A stretch of DNA of 64,000 nucleotides from Ramazzottius varieornatus. Taxonomy: Eukaryota > Animalia > Tardigrada. The DNA is taken from contig BDGG01000019.1 in assembly GCA_001949185.1 (NCBI GenBank), positions 411,770 through 475,769 on the forward strand, written 5' to 3'. The notes below the pieces were generated by a model. That model had not been told where the DNA came from and ran no database searches. It was given only the letters and a program-made list of their open reading frames with translations. A program made the position numbers and the translations under genes. How positions within the stretch are numbered: the stretch's first letter is position 1; the number at the start of each line of letters is the position of its first letter. This document shows, one piece after another, positions 27,465-38,260 of this stretch.

Positions 27465-28902
27465 AGAAAAAAAGACTTCATGCGCGTTGCGTGACTCTTT
27501 TGTACAACAGTTCAATTTGAGGCATTGTACAGAGTTTGCTGAAAAGCCTTCGCGCGGTTGAATTTTGATCAGAGAAGGTGACACATTTGAGCACAAGAAG
27601 AGAAGACGGTTTTACGGTTCATGAATCATGATTAAATTTTCCAAAATGTTCTGGATCCATTTTAGTTGTACATTGCATAGCCGTTTTTTCTTGTTTTTTT
27701 CATTCTGCCAAAACCAAAGGTTTTCACAGCGTATCCCTTCTGCTAGCTTTTGTTTCTCCTTCCTGTACACTTTCCCTCATTTTTAGCTTTGAATAATGAA
27801 ATTTCCCTGAAATTTTCATGCAGGTTCCATCTTCACTTTACTCATCCTGCATAACAGTTACTGCAAAAAACAACAACAGAATTTTTGACCTTGGACAAAT
27901 AGTCAGCGACAAGAGATCACAGGAATTGGGAGTCCGGCAAACGAAACGTACAAGACCGTTGCAGAAAGTGGCGCACGCTGACAGCCAATAACAATGTAAG
28001 CATGCGCCAACTGACGTAGCGATCTTGGACGTTTTGTTTACCATCCTCCTTCAACCGGCGCACGTCTCCAGCCAGTAACAATAAAAGCGTGCGCCACTTG
28101 AGATCTCGTGCGGCACTTCAGATCTCTCGATTGCCGCCTCCCAGTTGTTGAATGAAGGGCTCTGTCGCTTCGGTTCTGACAGGAACCTTCGTGGTTAGAC
28201 ATAGATAGTCTTTCGCGGTTTGAAGTTCCTCACGTGAGATGCCTGGAGGCAGCATGAGGTGGTGTTGTAGCCAGCAAGCTGTGTAGTGTACTGTGGTACG
28301 TGATGCTACAGATTGACGGTCCGTGGCACAGGCAGTAGGTTCTCGGCGATCTTTGAGAATACACTCTCTGAATCAGCTAACTAAGTGAGGTGAATGTAAA
28401 CTTGGCAATGACAGCTCAGAGACTCGGAAGAAAAAAATCAGCTGTCAGCTTGACAATATTTACTCTGTGTAGCACGCCATCAGCTGGCTCCACTGTACAC
28501 CACCACAGTACTAATTCGCTGTTAGCTCATTCGTACACATCCGGAACACTTTATATTTTACCCATACATGTACGGATCAACTCTGGGACCTTCCGTTCGA
28601 TTTATAGATATTGAAGGAAACAGAATTATTTACAAGGAACCTAAGCACAGGTACCAATGCAGAAAGAAACGGAACATTATTTACAATAAAACGAATATTC
28701 TTCCACGCAACTTTACGTATACGCAAGAAAAGAAATAATTCGACTCTATCTATTTTTAGGAATTTTTTTCAAATGCACTCTACATTGAGATACGCGAAGA
28801 TATCATCCATTACGTGCAGTAAGGCAGTACTCTATAACTAGGAACAGATAATGTGACATGTACGGCACGCGACCTTGAACTGTCCGGATGCTCCTTCCAG
28901 GT

Positions 28903-29340
28903 TCAAACGACTTCCCACTTGGCCTCGCCATCATCATTATCGTCATCGCACAGATCATAGCTTCCCACATCCACCGCGTTGTGGTCCCCCATGGGGAACA
29001 GCTCAAAGAAGGCGTCCTCGTCCATATTCAACAGCGCTTCAAGAGGATACTCTTCAGTGGTCCCGTGACCGTCAGTTCGCTTCTTTCCTTTGGTATGCTT
29101 GGTGGCTTTCTGGGCCTTGAGTTGCTCGTACTTGGTCAAGAGGTCCTCCATGTTCAGCTTGGTGGTACGAGTAGCGGTGGAACGACTAGTGCTGGACTGA
29201 CGGGACTTGGTCACGTTCTCCTTGCAGTCCGCCAGGAAGTCCCGCAAGGTGGCAGCGCAAGCTTCTTCGGAGGTCGCTTTGTAGTTTTCCCGAATTTCGT
29301 CGCGAAACTTATTTCCTGCAGCCTTCGAATCACCAACCTT
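28903..29340 (-). CDS. Terminal exon of orphan protein, divergent paralog of 30651-31697 (upstream exons unresolved)
   Basis: Acceptor at 29341, then KVGDSKAAGNKFRDEIRENY...LNMEDLL...EEYPLE...DDDNDDGEAKWEVV*. Shares G-x-K-[FY]-x-[DE]-E, NMEDLL and [YF]PL blocks with the neighbour. Confidence 0.65.
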   Translation of the reverse strand, partial: KVGDSKAAGNKFRDEIRENYKATSEEACAATLRDFLADCKENVTKSRQSSTSRSTATRTTKLNMEDLLTKYEQLKAQKATKHTKGKKRTDGHGTTEEYPLEALLNMDEDAFFELFPMGDHNAVDVGSYDLCDDDNDDGEAKWEVV

Positions 29341-30650
29341 CTGTCAACACCAAAATCCACGTAGGTAAATTCCACCATCGCCCATACATGTCACATGGAA
29401 GAACGTGAAAATTACTTCGAAAAACTGCTCGCCCCTTTACCCACGTTTACTATAGCCCAGAAATCAGAATACTGCTTTTTAATTTATTAGCGACTCCACT
29501 TTTCTACGATTAGTCGTACATACACGAACTTACTCGAAAGGCAGTTTTCGCGGTCATGACTTCCTTATTTGGGTCCTTTGTCGAAACTCGGGAGGCACAA
29601 CGGTTCGGTGGGGAGATCAAACTTCTTCAGGGCGCAATATCGCTCCCTAAATGTTAGATCACTGCATACTCAGGTCGCTTTCTTCCGACTGGCACTTTCC
29701 GCAGTGTCGATCACAACTGATGAGAAAATGTAAAGGCTAAATATAGTACAATTTCCAGAGCTAAAAATACGACAAAAACACTAGTGAATGCTGAAACTTT
29801 TCGTTTATTACTGGATAAAGTATATAGTGATATAAATGTACAACTGACACTGCTGATTTCAAGTGACGTGGTTTCGAATGTGTATCGGGGACAAAGAAAA
29901 TCAATGTTGCCTGGTGGATTTTACCAGTCAGCTGTGCGTTTGGCTGCATATCTGCCATGTGATGTCATTCACCCATACAGTCGATGGTGTTCTCTCGGTA
30001 CTTTGTACCGTTGCAACCAAGACAGGGCAGCCATGTTTACATCTCCAAAAGTACAGTAGAGATTAGGAGATGGAGAGAAACGTGACCATGCCAAGAGGTG
30101 ACTCATCTGTCGCTATATTTATGTGGGGCATTCACCATAGAGAAATGGAATACAGTCCTACCTCCGAGATGTGACAATTGCTCCTACTGCGCCCGAATAT
30201 CAATTCTGCAGAGAGTGCTTGCCAGCACAACACTATCAGCAGATTGACGCCTTGTTCGAGGTTGACGTGATCAAGGAATCAAGAAGTGTGTTCGATCAGC
30301 TGATCGATCTTCTGCAAACAGTGTGGCGAGCAGCCTGGTGAATATATGCGCCGTCCAGAATTGAAATCGGGTCTTTGAACTGTCACATCTCGCAGGTAGG
30401 ACTGTACCCTATGGACCTTGACATCAATGGAAATGACATCATTGCTGAATATCAAGGGGAATGATGTCACATGCCACAGTACATAACCCTGAGCCCATGA
30501 AAATTTCACGGAAAAGTCTGCACAGTTTTCTATTAAGCAGTGAAATTTATTGCATCCGACCCGGATTGTGCTCCAGCTAATTTTAATCGAGTCTTACTTT
30601 TCTCCTGTAACAGAAAAGCCCATATTGGTGTGAACGAGCGAGAGTCGACC

Positions 30651-31697
30651 ATGTCGAAGCGCAAGCTTTATGGCTGCTGCAGGCACCGTCCGTCGAAGTA
30701 TTCCTACATTGGCAAGTTTTACAAGGCTCCCGAGGATCAAACAGCGTTGGTGAAAATAGTGGAGGATTTTATCCGGGCTGAATATTTTGACGATGGTATG
30801 GATGTGGTTCGGCGCCGTAGAGAACCCTGGGACCACGAACTCGCAAACAGCGCTAGTGTATCTTACTCGTTGAACAAGAGGAACCGCTGGAGGCTCGTCG
30901 AAGAGCTACCTTCTATAGTTCCCCAAGTTTTGTTCGACGAACCTCCCCTTCGAACCGCGCGGTCCAAGAAAGGCGGAACCACCGAATATTCGGTGACGGT
31001 CAGAGGAACAATCGGGACCTGTCCTCTTTATCAATACTTCTCGGGCATTCCTTACCTGAAACGATACCACCCGGTAACATTCTCCAACTGTGTGACATCT
31101 GAAACATCAAACACCAAGTTACTTCCGGGAAAGAAGAATTGGTCCAAGAAGGGAAGAAGGAAAGAAGAACGAACTGACAAGAGCAACCAGGAAGTCGCGG
31201 ATGACCGATGTGTGATCGGATACTGCATTGGGGTTCCTCCGGAAAAGACCTCGTATGTCTTCCGGAAAGATCGACATACCTCAGATCGCGACTACAGTCA
31301 GCTTGAGTACCATCTACGGAAAAACTCCCCGTCTTCAGGGTACAAGTACAAGGAAGAGGTAGACGAATATCACATGATGGGTCTTGAGCAGCTGTGGGAA
31401 CTGCCGATCGAGGGCTCCGACGAAGTGGAAGAAGACACCGCTCGCCTTAACGAGGTTTCTGTCTACAACATGGAGGACCTGCTGTTAGCCGGAAGAGCAC
31501 GTCAAGAGCAGCTTACAAAGCGAAAAGCAGGGAAGTTCCCCCTGGACTATGAAGTTATACAGGATATGGCAGAGTCTTCCGCTTGGGAGGAAGTTGGGGA
31601 CCTGGGTGGTGAAGGGATCGATACGGGCAGTGTGACCAGCGGTGATAGTTCGTGGGAATTGATCAGCTCAGGATGTGACGGCTTTGAGGATGTGTAA
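30651..31697 (+). CDS. Uncharacterised intronless protein (~348 aa) with acidic W-x-x-[VI] tail
   Basis: Long uninterrupted ORF from ATG 30651 (MSKRKLYG...FIRAEYFDDG...SYSLNKRNRW...GYKYKEEVDEY...NMEDLL...FPLDYEVI...AWEEV...SSWELI). The adjacent paralog confirms it is coding. Confidence 0.85.
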   Translation: MSKRKLYGCCRHRPSKYSYIGKFYKAPEDQTALVKIVEDFIRAEYFDDGMDVVRRRREPWDHELANSASVSYSLNKRNRWRLVEELPSIVPQVLFDEPPLRTARSKKGGTTEYSVTVRGTIGTCPLYQYFSGIPYLKRYHPVTFSNCVTSETSNTKLLPGKKNWSKKGRRKEERTDKSNQEVADDRCVIGYCIGVPPEKTSYVFRKDRHTSDRDYSQLEYHLRKNSPSSGYKYKEEVDEYHMMGLEQLWELPIEGSDEVEEDTARLNEVSVYNMEDLLLAGRARQEQLTKRKAGKFPLDYEVIQDMAESSAWEEVGDLGGEGIDTGSVTSGDSSWELISSGCDGFEDV

Positions 31698-32369
31698 TAT
31701 GACTTTTCGTGCAGAGAACGGGTTTTTTTATCGGCTACAAGGAATGTTTTTCAATGGCCCCGTGGAGGACTAATTCTTTCTTGTTTCTCGGACGGTACTA
31801 TAACCACTGACTTTACGTGTCTTGTGCGTACCGGTACTTTGATACTGCAAGTCAAGACTCAAAAGTCAGTTTCACAATGAAGACAAAAGAAACCTACCAA
31901 ATGGCGTCGTATCCGATCCTCTCGTCAAGTGGACCACTTCCGCATAGTCAACTGAATTAGTGTCCCACCTAGAACCCTATCTACTGTATCACAAGATCTC
32001 TCTGCCTGAAACGCCGGAAGTAACCGATCAGAACATTCTGTCTGAGTTACAAACGTAGGAGAACTGTCCGTCTGACGCGGAAATTACCCTCGATAACAGA
32101 TATTCCAGACAGCTTATCCGAGTCATTCCTGTTCGATAGCTACCATGAGGCGATAGGCACTTTATTTAAATTTTGCACGTGCCGTGGAATGACATTGTCG
32201 CTGCGTTACTCGTCGAAATCAAGTCATACATAACACTTTACTTTAAACGTGTGCGCACTTGGTTCTGAACTCAATCAGCTGTGGCTACAAGTTCGATTTA
32301 TTCTACCTTCGATCAAAACTGTTACCTTTGTGGAGAACTGCGTATCGATCGACCCTGGAAGCATAAACC

Positions 32370-33250
32370 ATGCGGTGGCGAAGGGTTCATGGATGCTACA
32401 TGCATAACCCCACGAAATCTTCCTGCATTGAAAAGATCTACAAGGTTCAAGAGGATATGACAGCTTTCGTGAAAGAGGTAGAAAATTTTATTCAAGCTGA
32501 ATATTTCGACGATGGAATTGAGGTAATTCAAAGACCTGCACTTCACTGCACTGGCATATCCTACTCCTTGAACAAACGGAATCGGTGGAAACTGGTCGAG
32601 AAACTGCCTGCCGTTGTTCCTAAACTTCGATTCGGCGATCCTTCTGATGGGCAACCTGAAGCCGGAAACAAGAAACGTAAAGGAAGACTTCCAGCTGAGA
32701 CTCAGAAATTATACGGTCAGTATTTCCGGGTCGCTTACGACATGCCATTTTTATCATTATTCCAACATCGCTCATCTCCGACGACCTTCAGTATTCTTTT
32801 CTAGCTTCGTGGATAGTAAAGCCGAACAGCGTTATCAAACGCGAGGACGACACAAACGAAACCGGCGTCCAGCAGGGTACCAAGAAGATGGCTATCAAGT
32901 ATCACATTGGGCTTCCTCTGGCAAAGATCTCGTCCATATTCCGTAAAGATCGTCATAGACGACGGTCAAGGCTGGAAAGACAAGATGCCTACGAGCTGAG
33001 AAAGTGCTCGCCATCCACTGGCTACAAGTACGAGGAGGAAGTAGATGAGTATTATTAGCGGATGTCTTACGACGGTCGGGAAGACTTGTGGTACCATGGG
33101 GAAGATGAGCCAGAACAAAAACCGAAGCTAGAAATACGAGAAGTTCTCGCTATGTTCTGAATGAAATAATGCTGGCCTGTCGGGCTGGCCACCACCGGCG
33201 GACTGCAAGGAGGTACCCGCTCGATTACGATGTGGTCCAAACAGTGGACT
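32370..33250 (+). pseudogene. Decayed tandem paralog of 30651-31697
   Basis: Colinear similarity (FIQAEYFDDG, SYSLNKRNRWKLVEKLP, IFRKDRH, LRKCSPSTGYKYEEEVDEYY*, RYPLDYDVVQ) broken by frameshifts and stops. Confidence 0.85.
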
Positions 33251-33706
33251 GTGGAACTTTCACAGTCCACTGTTTGGAAGGAACTTGGAAACACTGCCGG
33301 CGTCACAGAGCATGCAGTATGACGAAGTTATGTATACTGCACTGTGCCGGCGTCAAACTGGTCTTGATTCCTCCAGTTGGTCTTGATTCAAATTAGCGGA
33401 AATTCTGCCCGGTTGCTATCAGTCAAAATGGGCATAATGCTTCCACGTCGTGCTAACGAAGGGCTGTCCAGTACTGCATTGATTCTCCCTGTATCTCGCT
33501 CTTGCCGACTCAACACAAAGCAGCAGTTGACCACTCCCCGCTCGCCTGTGACTCCTTCAGCTTTTGCCTTTCAGCCCAGAAATTTTCCCAGACACACACT
33601 GTATAAAATGTTCCAACTGTCGTGCTTGGAACCATCAGTTTGCAATTTGCATTTTCCGCAAAGCGCTTGGCAGACCATTTCTTCTGACTTCTGATATTGC
33701 GCAAAG

Positions 33707-35238
33707 ATGGCGTCCATCTTGAAAGTTCTCGCCCTACTCGGTAAGCATGTAACTCCACAGCGAGAAATTACAGAACACAAAACCATGAACATCCCAACGG
33801 TGTATTTTGAGTATCACGCTAATTTCTTCCCTTGCTTTCTTTTTAGGAGTGGCATATTGCGTGTCAGCTGCCGTACCTGTCATAAAGTTCACCGATACCA
33901 TTGCCACGACGTTGACTCCAGTCGCCATCAATGCCACCACTCTCGTGCCGGAGGTGGTCGTCCATCGGGAAGCCGAACACGTCCTGCTTGAAACCACCAC
34001 GGTCGCCTTCGTGAGCACCACCGAGCGTCGTACCACTGTCATCGAGTACTTCACTCAGATCCTCCGTGGAGACTTCGTCGGTGCCCGCAAGTGCAAGAAA
34101 ACCAAGGACTGTGGAACCGGCCTGAAGTGTGACATGCTCCTCCATTGGTGTGTCCCGCTTGATTCTCCCGCTGCTCGGGAAACCGGTAAGAACTCAAACA
34201 CAAAAGTTCGTTTAAAACTTCGGACAATCTCAAATTTACCAGTGCGAGAAACTATAGGAAAAAACCAACAAGAACCTGTATCAAAATTTCTTGCAATCCA
34301 GTGTGGATTTTGAGAATATGACTGCGAAAAGCCGACGTGATGATGTCTAGTTGCTCTTTCCATGTGAAACTCGAACGGTATCTGCGTTCCCGATTTCCGT
34401 AAATTCTAAAAATCGTCGTTGTCGTTGGTCAGAAATGGGACCTCTGCAAATGAATTCCCTTAGATCGTTTTTCAAAGTGGCGCACGCTTCTGACCAGTAA
34501 AAATCGAGAGCAGCGCCACTTCGGAAAACAATCTTTGGGAGTTTGTTTGCCGACGCCCCGAATATTCCTGAATATTCCCGAATATTCGCAATTGGAATTC
34601 TTATTCCCGATGTTTTCTCAGAGAATGCCTGTACGAAACACGAAGACTGCTCCGAGTGGTACCATTGCTGGAACGGCGCTTGCCACTTCTCGGGACCTCG
34701 CCACTGCAAGACTAACGCCGACTGCATGCCAGGCTTCCCCGGCCTGAGCTGGGACTGTGTGGACACCAAGGATCTGGAGAAGGCATGGATCAAGCAGCAG
34801 CTGCTGAACCGCACCACGGTCGTCGCTGAACTCAAGCCCGAACGAAACCGAGACCCTCGCAAGAACAAGGACAAACATCACGATGACCACAGCGGCGAAT
34901 TGGGATCCACCGAATGGAACGCCATGGGACTTCCCGAAGGAGACTTCCTCACTCACGGACACCGATGCTGGGCCCGTAAGTTTCGTTGTCCTACTCTTCA
35001 ACTTCCATAGGAAATTGAATTTGTCTTACGATAGTTCGCTGGTGAAATACTTCTCGTTGTAGGTTGCACTGACGATAAGGGCTGCATGAGCATCCGATAC
35101 CCCAGCGGGCTCTTCACCAACGATACCGACACCTTCGGTTGCTTCTTCAACTACTGCATCCGTCGTAACTCGTTCATTAGCCTCCCCGTCAACTTCAATT
35201 CAACCATCGTCTTCAACGTTACCCGAAATTTCAGTTAG
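33707..35238 (+). CDS. Secreted cysteine-rich protein with Thr-rich N-terminus and four C-x4-[DG]-C modules
   Basis: Signal peptide MASILKVLALLG|VAYCVSA. Exons ~33707-33740, 33847-34184, 34622-34975 and 35063-onward. Modules CKKTKDC, CTKHEDC, CKTNADC and CTDDKGC. 3' end uncertain. Confidence 0.8.
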
Positions 35239-35533
35239 ATTCGCTTGTTCTTATAGCTCAGAAGCCATGTCGGTACCAAAAATACTCTTCTACCTTAAGC
35301 CGTGCTGATCTTTACTGGCTCTGTACGGATGGAAATATAATGATTTGCAAAATAAATATAAAATTGAAACCACCGTAGATTCGTTCTCCACTTCAAGCTT
35401 TGAATCAAAGAACCAAAGCAAGAAATAACAGGGCCGAACGAAAATCTTCTGGTCGTTGGCTCAGACCGAAGCTCAGAATATACAGAAAAATATTGCCTTG
35501 TACCGAAAAGTTTTGATGGCACCGGTGAGCACT

Positions 35534-37845
35534 TCAGGACTTCTTGCCACTATGTTGGTGATAGAAGTTTTGAACTGGATCTCCGCCTGCGAACAATTTA
35601 TCCATGTGAATTAACACTGCCAGTTCACACCAGGAAAACTGACCTTTACTTTGGGCATTTGCAATGGAATTGATGACCAGCGCCAGCTCTTTAGCGTCAA
35701 GCGATCCATTTCTATCCACATCGCAGGCTTTCAAGATAACCTCTTCAAAGTCCCTAACCATGTCGGCACTGTAGTCATTATTGGATGTCGCCAGCAAGTC
35801 GCGGACAAAGGCAGACAATTCATTGCCTTCCAGGGTTCCATTAACATTCTGCTGCAGTAAACAAGCTTCTAATCTCATTTCGTCAGACTAACGAGCCATT
35901 GTTAATTATTCATCTTCTCTTACTCTATCGTATTTATCCAACAATTGTTGGACGTCGCTCGCTGACAATGCGTCCAGCTTGATCGCCTGTTGACATTGAG
36001 GCAAATTACACAATGCTATATTACATAGGCAAAGAAGGCGCCAGCCATTTGCACTACCTTGTCGACGGCGAGCTGAACAAAATTCTCCTTTGATGGTAAC
36101 AACCTATCGTGGGAATTACATCGTTAATTTCCTGTTATCTTTGATACCACACGGTGGTAATGATGCAACTCTTCACTCTGAAATGTGACACTGGATAAAG
36201 GGTGCGTACCGTGCGAGCTCATTAAGGCCGAGTTTCCCGTCATGATTAATGTCGAAAAAGGGCAACTGTGAAACAGGAAGAACAATACAGTGCTTGAAAC
36301 CCACAGGAACCCACCCACAAACTTAAAGCGATTGTTTTCCCAAGTGCGTTATTATTTGGCCACTAACACCGGAAGTGTACGCCACCTAGGCAAATAAACC
36401 AAACACGTATGTTTTCCCAAGCAGCGCACTTTTTGAGTGTTACTGGCTGAAAGTGTGTATCACTTGGAGAATGATCCCGAAGTGGCGCACGTTCTCATTG
36501 CCGTTGGTCAGAAGCCTGCGCCACCCGAGAAATCGATCGTTCGAAGTGTGTCTGTCGAGCTTCCACTTTTCGCATATCAATCTTTTTCTCTTGGACAGGT
36601 TTCGAAAGGTCCCGTAAAAAGAATGATGGTTCGTTCAGCGATTAGGGTGAAAGGGACAAGGTAATAAAGTTGGATGAGTTGGGACTTACGAAGGCTTCGG
36701 CGTAATCTCTAGCTTTACTGAGGTCGACAGGCTCCACAGGAGATGAACCGGTTCGTAGGAGGTCCTTCAACAATAGCTGGAGAGAAGATCGATCTTATTA
36801 GCGAAAATTCAATTTGACGTATTCGCGAGTAGGCGGCGAGGTCCCTGATGCGGAAACACTCCATTATGCCTTCTGCCAAACAAAAGTGATTCGAGTGAAT
36901 AAACAGAATATTTTTGCATACCGCGAACTCAGAAGCATCGATGAATCCACTCAGATCTTTGTCGTATCTCTTCCAGATCTACAACACAAGAAAAGCCTAA
37001 TGTTCCGCATCGAAGGCTTGTGCTTTTTCGTGGTGACGTTAGCTCGAGAACTTTTGGTCATCTTGATGAATGAGTAACGATAACCATTGGCGCAATTTCA
37101 GTTGCCTGCATACAAGCTAACGGTGCTTCCCTAACGAGTCCTTGTATGCAGGTGCATGAAATAGTCTCGAATTACTGCGTGTTCATAACAAACGTACGTC
37201 CATAAACTCCACGGCTGTCTTGGCTCGGCTCTCCGCACGAAAAAGGACAAAGATACCAAGTTCCACCGGAAGGAGTTTGGCCATCTACAAGAAGCGAAAA
37301 GCGGAAGGGGTTAATCCAAGCAAGACCTCGAGTTACAATCACGCGCGGTATTCGACATGCCCTGCAGCCCGCACTTACGTATTCCAAGGAGATCCGCCCT
37401 CCTTCTTCCACATTCAAACCCTGGATATACGCCTTCTTTATGCGAGCAATTTCCGCATCCGACAATGCTTCCTGAAAATTGACTTGTGTACCTTTATGAA
37501 AGTCCCTTTTCAAAGGCATGTTTACTCACAATAAACTTGGCGTGGGCGGAAGTCAGGTATTCATTCAAAAAGTCGTCAACTTCCTGTTCCTCGATAGTCA
37601 AATTACCTAAAATTTAACAACAGCCAGTGTATGAACCAAATAGCCCTGTTTTCGAAATCAACTAACAGACTGCATGAAAAGCAATAAACACAAAGATAAT
37701 TACCATCTTTATCGTAATGGGACCATATTTCCAGAAAGCCGTCGGCCGACAGCGGCTTCTTCTCCACACCTTTCTCTCGAAGCTTCTCATCGATAAAATT
37801 CCGCCGCTCCACGAAGTTCATAAAATTCAAACCAGCGAAAGCCAT
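35534..37845 (-). CDS. Hexa-EF-hand calcium-binding protein (calbindin-32/calretinin/secretagogin family)
   Basis: Spliced: FLEIWSHYDKDG|N..IEEQE, IWKRYDKDLSGFIDASE, FDINHDGKLGLNELAR|LLPSKENF, YDR|NVNGTLEGNEL, CDVDRNGSLDAKEL. Confidence 0.9.
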
Positions 37846-38212
37846 CTTTCCGAGCACGATCCCGGTATTCCAAATATCAAATCACAGTGTGAACGGAAAA
37901 TGCTGACAGGCGTGTTTTTACGCGATGCTGACCCCGGGTTTTATGCGCAACAAAATGACTCTTGGGGTGCGCTGAATCATGAGTGTGTAAGAGCGAACTC
38001 TAGGGATAGGGAACTGGAAATGAGGAGAGCTATAGCTTAGGACGAAATTACGAACCGTTGTTGACATAACGGTCGTACGAGGAATGTATTGATTTCTGAG
38101 CTTTGGGGATCGATTCCTGTTATAAACGTACATAGCGGGCTGTACGTGATGAGCGGCCCCCGTCATTTTTTTATCTGACGGGAGAGATCCTCATATCCTG
38201 TTTGCACTGTAT

Positions 38213-38260
38213 GTGAACTGAGCACAGAGCTGAGCACCGAGCTGAGCACAGCTGAGCACC
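38213..38260. repeat. Short tandem repeat (GAGCTGAGCAC-type, ~4 units)
   Basis: gaactgagcacagagctgagcaccgagctgagcacagctgagcacc. Confidence 0.7.
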
